Below are positions 60,819 to 64,000 of a DNA stretch of 64,000 nucleotides, piece after piece (the stretch's first letter is position 1; every line of letters starts with the position of its first letter). Source of the stretch: Limisphaerales bacterium (lineage in GTDB: Bacteria > Verrucomicrobiota > Verrucomicrobiia > Limisphaerales > AAA164-E04). The notes beneath the pieces were generated by a model that ran no database searches, had not been told where the DNA came from, and saw only the letters and a list, made by a program, of their open reading frames with translations. Location: the NCBI GenBank assembly GCA_024761205.1, contig JAMASS010000014.1, positions 43,792 through 107,791 of the forward strand, given 5' to 3'. A program made the translations under genes and the position numbers.

Positions 60819-62018
60819 TTAAAATTGGTAGACTGCGTTCAAGGCGATGGTCACCAAATCATCCTCGCCCTCGTCACCCAACAAGGCATCGTAAATTCCA
60901 GCGACGCCACCTTCCAAGGAATGATCCCAACGGACCTCCAAGCGCGTCAGCACGTTCTCCCACAAATCGTAGTTCACCGTGCCCGTGACACTCAGGAATT
61001 CAGGGTCTTCGAAGACGGGGAATTGGACCGTGGCGTAATCCACTCGACCGTTAAAGGTCATTTTCTCGGTTGCTTGATAGGAAAGATATCCGGCTAACGC
61101 CCAGGCATTGAGTGGCACCGCGCCGATGCCGCCAGGAAGAGAAACGCCAAGCTGAGTCAAGCTGGTATCCTGGGCATAATCGAATGCGACCCCGACAGCA
61201 AGCCCATCCATCGGCGTCGGGATGGTCGCCCCGACGTAATAGCTGGTCTTATCGAAGTCATTTGACCCCGCCACCAGTCCGTCCACAAAACCGAAATAGA
61301 GGGCCCCTCCGGAAAGGAAACCCGCTTCCTCCGGGATATCGTAGCTGATCGAGGCCATGTAGGTCTTTTGCGATTCCGAACCGTTGCCCGAGCCTTGCTC
61401 ATCCACGCGATCGTTCACGCCGAAGCCGTAAGTGTTCGCAACTCCGCCGGAAATGCTGATCGCATCCGTCAACTGATAACTGGCAAGGGCACCCGTATGT
61501 TGGAACGGCTCAAGAAAGAATCCGTACGAACGGCTGAAGTTAGGATTCAAGGGAGAGGAACTGGCTTCATAGCCAATAATGGTGTCGAACTGACCCATCT
61601 TGATATCAAGCCCATTGCCGATGGGTGCTCGCATGGTGACATAGGCTTGCTTGATGCCCAAGTCATCGTTGGTGCGAAAGGTATCGCTACCCAGCCATTG
61701 AGCGTCCGGGCCGAACCATAAATCGACCGTATAACCTGCGGCCCATTCGCTCTCATCCAAAGGCTTTTCCAAGCTCAACTGAACGACGTTCAGATTGAAA
61801 CCGTCAAGCCGGCCTGTGCCATCATTCGTGCGGCCGAGTGTATTGCCATTTCCACCCTCTCCGAGTGCCCAGATGGCCGAGGTATCGACGTATCCGCTCA
61901 AAGTAGTTTTGGAGACATGGCTCAGCACGCTATGTGTTGGGTCATCCGCTTGGGTGATTGAACTCAAGCTGACCATTCCGGCGGAGGCCAAGGCTAATGT
62001 CCATTGATTAAACTTCAT
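60819..62018 (-). CDS. outer-membrane beta-barrel porin (OmpL-like / porin-2 type)
   Basis: Signal peptide MKFNQWTLALASAGMVSLSSITQA from Met70 of the ORF. It has alternating beta-strand patterns and a C-terminal ..ALNAVYQF. The ORF is open to 62225. Confidence 0.7.
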   Translation of the reverse strand: MKFNQWTLALASAGMVSLSSITQADDPTHSVLSHVSKTTLSGYVDTSAIWALGEGGNGNTLGRTNDGTGRLDGFNLNVVQLSLEKPLDESEWAAGYTVDLWFGPDAQWLGSDTFRTNDDLGIKQAYVTMRAPIGNGLDIKMGQFDTIIGYEASSSPLNPNFSRSYGFFLEPFQHTGALASYQLTDAISISGGVANTYGFGVNDRVDEQGSGNGSESQKTYMASISYDIPEEAGFLSGGALYFGFVDGLVAGSNDFDKTSYYVGATIPTPMDGLAVGVAFDYAQDTSLTQLGVSLPGGIGAVPLNAWALAGYLSYQATEKMTFNGRVDYATVQFPVFEDPEFLSVTGTVNYDLWENVLTRLEVRWDHSLEGGVAGIYDALLGDEGEDDLVTIALNAVYQF

Positions 62019-62449
62019 GTTTAGTTCCTGTTGCAGTTGTGTATTCAGTGTATTATCAAAGCAGTAATCCGCAACGAACAGCACCAGCCGCTCATGCGGA
62101 AAACGCACGCATTTCCGGGAATGTAGGTCAACTTGGCGGGTTTGACAACTTTTTTTGTTATGACAGTTGATTTGCACTGAAAACCGGCCCAAATCCAGGA
62201 CTGAGCGAAACCCGCCCCTCCCCACTAAATGGAGACCTTTTGAGAGCGGATGACCGTAAGGAGACGGCTAACTCTCCCGCGCCCTTCCGATCATTCGTGA
62301 TTGGTTTATCCGCAATGAAATTGACCTCCGCTCCGTTGCGTAACTGTTCAAAAAAATCAAAATATGAATTTGACAGGCCCCAATCACCATCGCTATTTTT
62401 TGGAGACAAGATATTTGGAAGAGTTTCACGGGCAGGAGCATTCTTAACA

Positions 62450-63154
62450 ATGAAGACATTAGGAGTTCGAACAAAGTTCTTTGCATTAGCAATCGCCGTT
62501 AGTCTGCTAACCCTCGGTGTGGCGACGCAAGCCGCCCCCGGCACGGCGACGGTGGCATCAGTTAAAGGGGCCGTCACCGGCGCAACAGTTGGCGATTCAC
62601 TGGCAGCGGGTTCGGTGGTTTCCACTCAATCTGGAGGTGAAGCCGTTCTGGATATTATCGGGAACACCGTCGTGGTGACCGAAAACTCCGCTCTTGCAAT
62701 CGACCTTTTGGACGTCGAGGAGACCGGCATTGAGACTGTGCTCAAGGTGCAGTTGAACCTCACGGCTGGGCGGATTTACGGTGAAGTGAAGCAGTTTTCT
62801 TCGTCACTTTCCAGCTTTCTCATTAAGATTCCCAAAGGTCAAGTGGCCATCGACGCAAGCGAAGGTCTCGTGATATTCGATGTCTCTGCTGATGGCAAAG
62901 TTTTGGTTGGGGAAGGTTCAGTTGATATTGTTTTCGATCGTGGCACCATTGAACCCAACATCGTGGCCCAAAATATTCAAGCCAACCAACAGTTTAATCC
63001 AATCACCGGCGGCATCGAATCCATCGCACCCGGCGCGATTCCTCCCATCCCTCCAACGCTAGTTACCGCAGTCATAACGCCGGTGCCTCCGGAGCGACCA
63101 TTCGAATTCTTTATCTCGCCGGTTTTGGGTGGCAGCTCTAGCAGCGGCGAGTAG
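62450..63154 (+). CDS. secreted FecR-domain-like protein
   Basis: Signal peptide MKTLGVRTKFFALAIAVSLLTLGVATQA. VKGAVTG..VGDSLAAGSVVSTQSGGEAVLDI.GNTVVVTENSAL is like a FecR/PF04773 sensor fold. The ORF is open from 62240. Confidence 0.6.
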   Translation: MKTLGVRTKFFALAIAVSLLTLGVATQAAPGTATVASVKGAVTGATVGDSLAAGSVVSTQSGGEAVLDIIGNTVVVTENSALAIDLLDVEETGIETVLKVQLNLTAGRIYGEVKQFSSSLSSFLIKIPKGQVAIDASEGLVIFDVSADGKVLVGEGSVDIVFDRGTIEPNIVAQNIQANQQFNPITGGIESIAPGAIPPIPPTLVTAVITPVPPERPFEFFISPVLGGSSSSGE

Positions 63155-63178
63155 CCTAAAGTACGGATAGAGTTTCAC

Positions 63179-63213
63179 AAGCCCGGTTGAGCATTTCGCC
63201 AACCGGGCTTTTT
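63179..63213 (+). terminator. rho-independent terminator after the FecR-like gene
   Basis: agcccggttg - 10-nt loop - caaccgggct followed by TTTTT, 25 nt after the stop. Confidence 0.7.
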
Positions 63214-63239
63214 CTTTTCTTTACGTTCCGACCGGAAAA

Positions 63240-64000
63240 CCAACCCCGATTCCACCGCCTCCCCTACAGCACGGGCGGAGCAAGTCCTTCACGGATCAAT
63301 ATTTCCAAAAAGCGATCAAGCAATGGTTCCCCGATGACGACCAGGGTCCCGCTCCAGAAATGGTTCATGGCTATGGGCATCCCGATCAACGCCAAGAAGA
63401 GCTTGTCTAGCCACCAATTGGCCCGCGACCTCGGGCTGATGCAGCCCGCCGCCCTGCGTTTGCAACGGCGCATTCGGGCTTCCATGTCGGGGGAAGCAGC
63501 GCCCGTCCTGCAAGGCATCGCCGAGACCAACGAAACTTACGTGGGCGGCAAACCGCGCAAAGGAAGCAGCCCCAAGAGTCCCGCTACTAATACCCCTTTC
63601 CCCCTGAGTTTTACGAGGCCGAGGCATCCGTAAAACTCCGGTTATTGGCGCTATAGAACGGGGCGGAAGGGGTTGTCGCCCCGCGTTGCCGAGTCCTTGT
63701 CCGGCAAGGGCATTCTCCCTGTCCTGCCAGGGGCTGTTGAAAAGCAGGGCACCCTTCCGGTTACCGATGAATACCGCGCCTATCGCGTCGCTCCGGTTTT
63801 CGGCGCGCCGTCATCAATCATGCCCTCGCTTATGCGGAAGGGCTCGTCAACACGATTGAAGGCCAAGCCCTGATAAAACGGGCTTGGGTCGCTCCGCCAC
63901 TACAGCAAACGTTGTATGCTGCTTTTCATCGCTGAGGCGATCTGGAGATACAACAAGGGGATCGCCTTTGCTTGCTTGATGCGGAGGGTGCTCGCGTGAG
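63240..64000 (+). mobile_element. IS1595-family transposase remnant (5'-truncated, frameshifted; runs to window end)
   Basis: VPLQKWFMAMGIPINAKKSLSSHQLARDLG..ETNETYVGGKPRKG, then frame changes to KTPVIGAIERGG, SLSGKGILP, GTLPVTDEYRAYR. The zinc-ribbon N-terminus is missing. Confidence 0.6.

Overview
All calls here come from reading the ORF translations and the DNA by eye; no database searches or computations were run. This is a 64-kb chromosomal segment, about 50-55% GC by eye. It most likely comes from a PVC-superphylum bacterium, probably Verrucomicrobiota. The evidence is a PSCyt1/PSCyt2/PSD1 giant protein paired with a Tat-signal DUF1501 protein, a prepilin-type N-methylation pseudopilin-like gene, sulfatase-family genes and DUF4159.

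Intact content falls into four groups:
- Housekeeping: valS 3' end, GuaB3-type IMPDH-like protein, acnA, hflX, radC, miaE, and a SMUG1-type uracil-DNA glycosylase.
- Phosphate block: a candidate Pho box, pstSCAB-phoU, and a convergent PiT transporter.
- Sulfite oxidation: a SorA-like molybdoenzyme plus a monoheme cytochrome c.
- Two separate ExbB/ExbD/TonB energy modules. One is a complete Vibrio TonB2/Ttp-type six-gene operon (DUF3450, long TtpC-like MotA/ExbB, ExbB, ExbD, TonB, TPR), followed by a TonB-dependent receptor and a secreted beta-helix protein. The other is a compact ExbB-ExbD-(TonB-C-like)-(membrane zinc-ribbon) operon.

The unusual items are:
1. A single intact ORF that joins an ECF-sigma-like N-terminus, a TM helix and an extracytoplasmic CotH kinase-like domain.
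2. An intact sulfatase-fold gene whose formylglycine motif C-x-P-x-R reads G-T-A-S-R.
3. A hairpin-containing repeat of about 35 nt, present in at least 8 intergenic copies, including one inverted pair.
4. A very high load of decayed genes: at least 12 frameshifted, nonsense-containing or truncated remnants, including two diverged IS1595-type transposase relics and a phage P63C fragment. They sit beside long intact ORFs, which suggests ongoing genome erosion.

No rRNA, tRNA or CRISPR array was seen.
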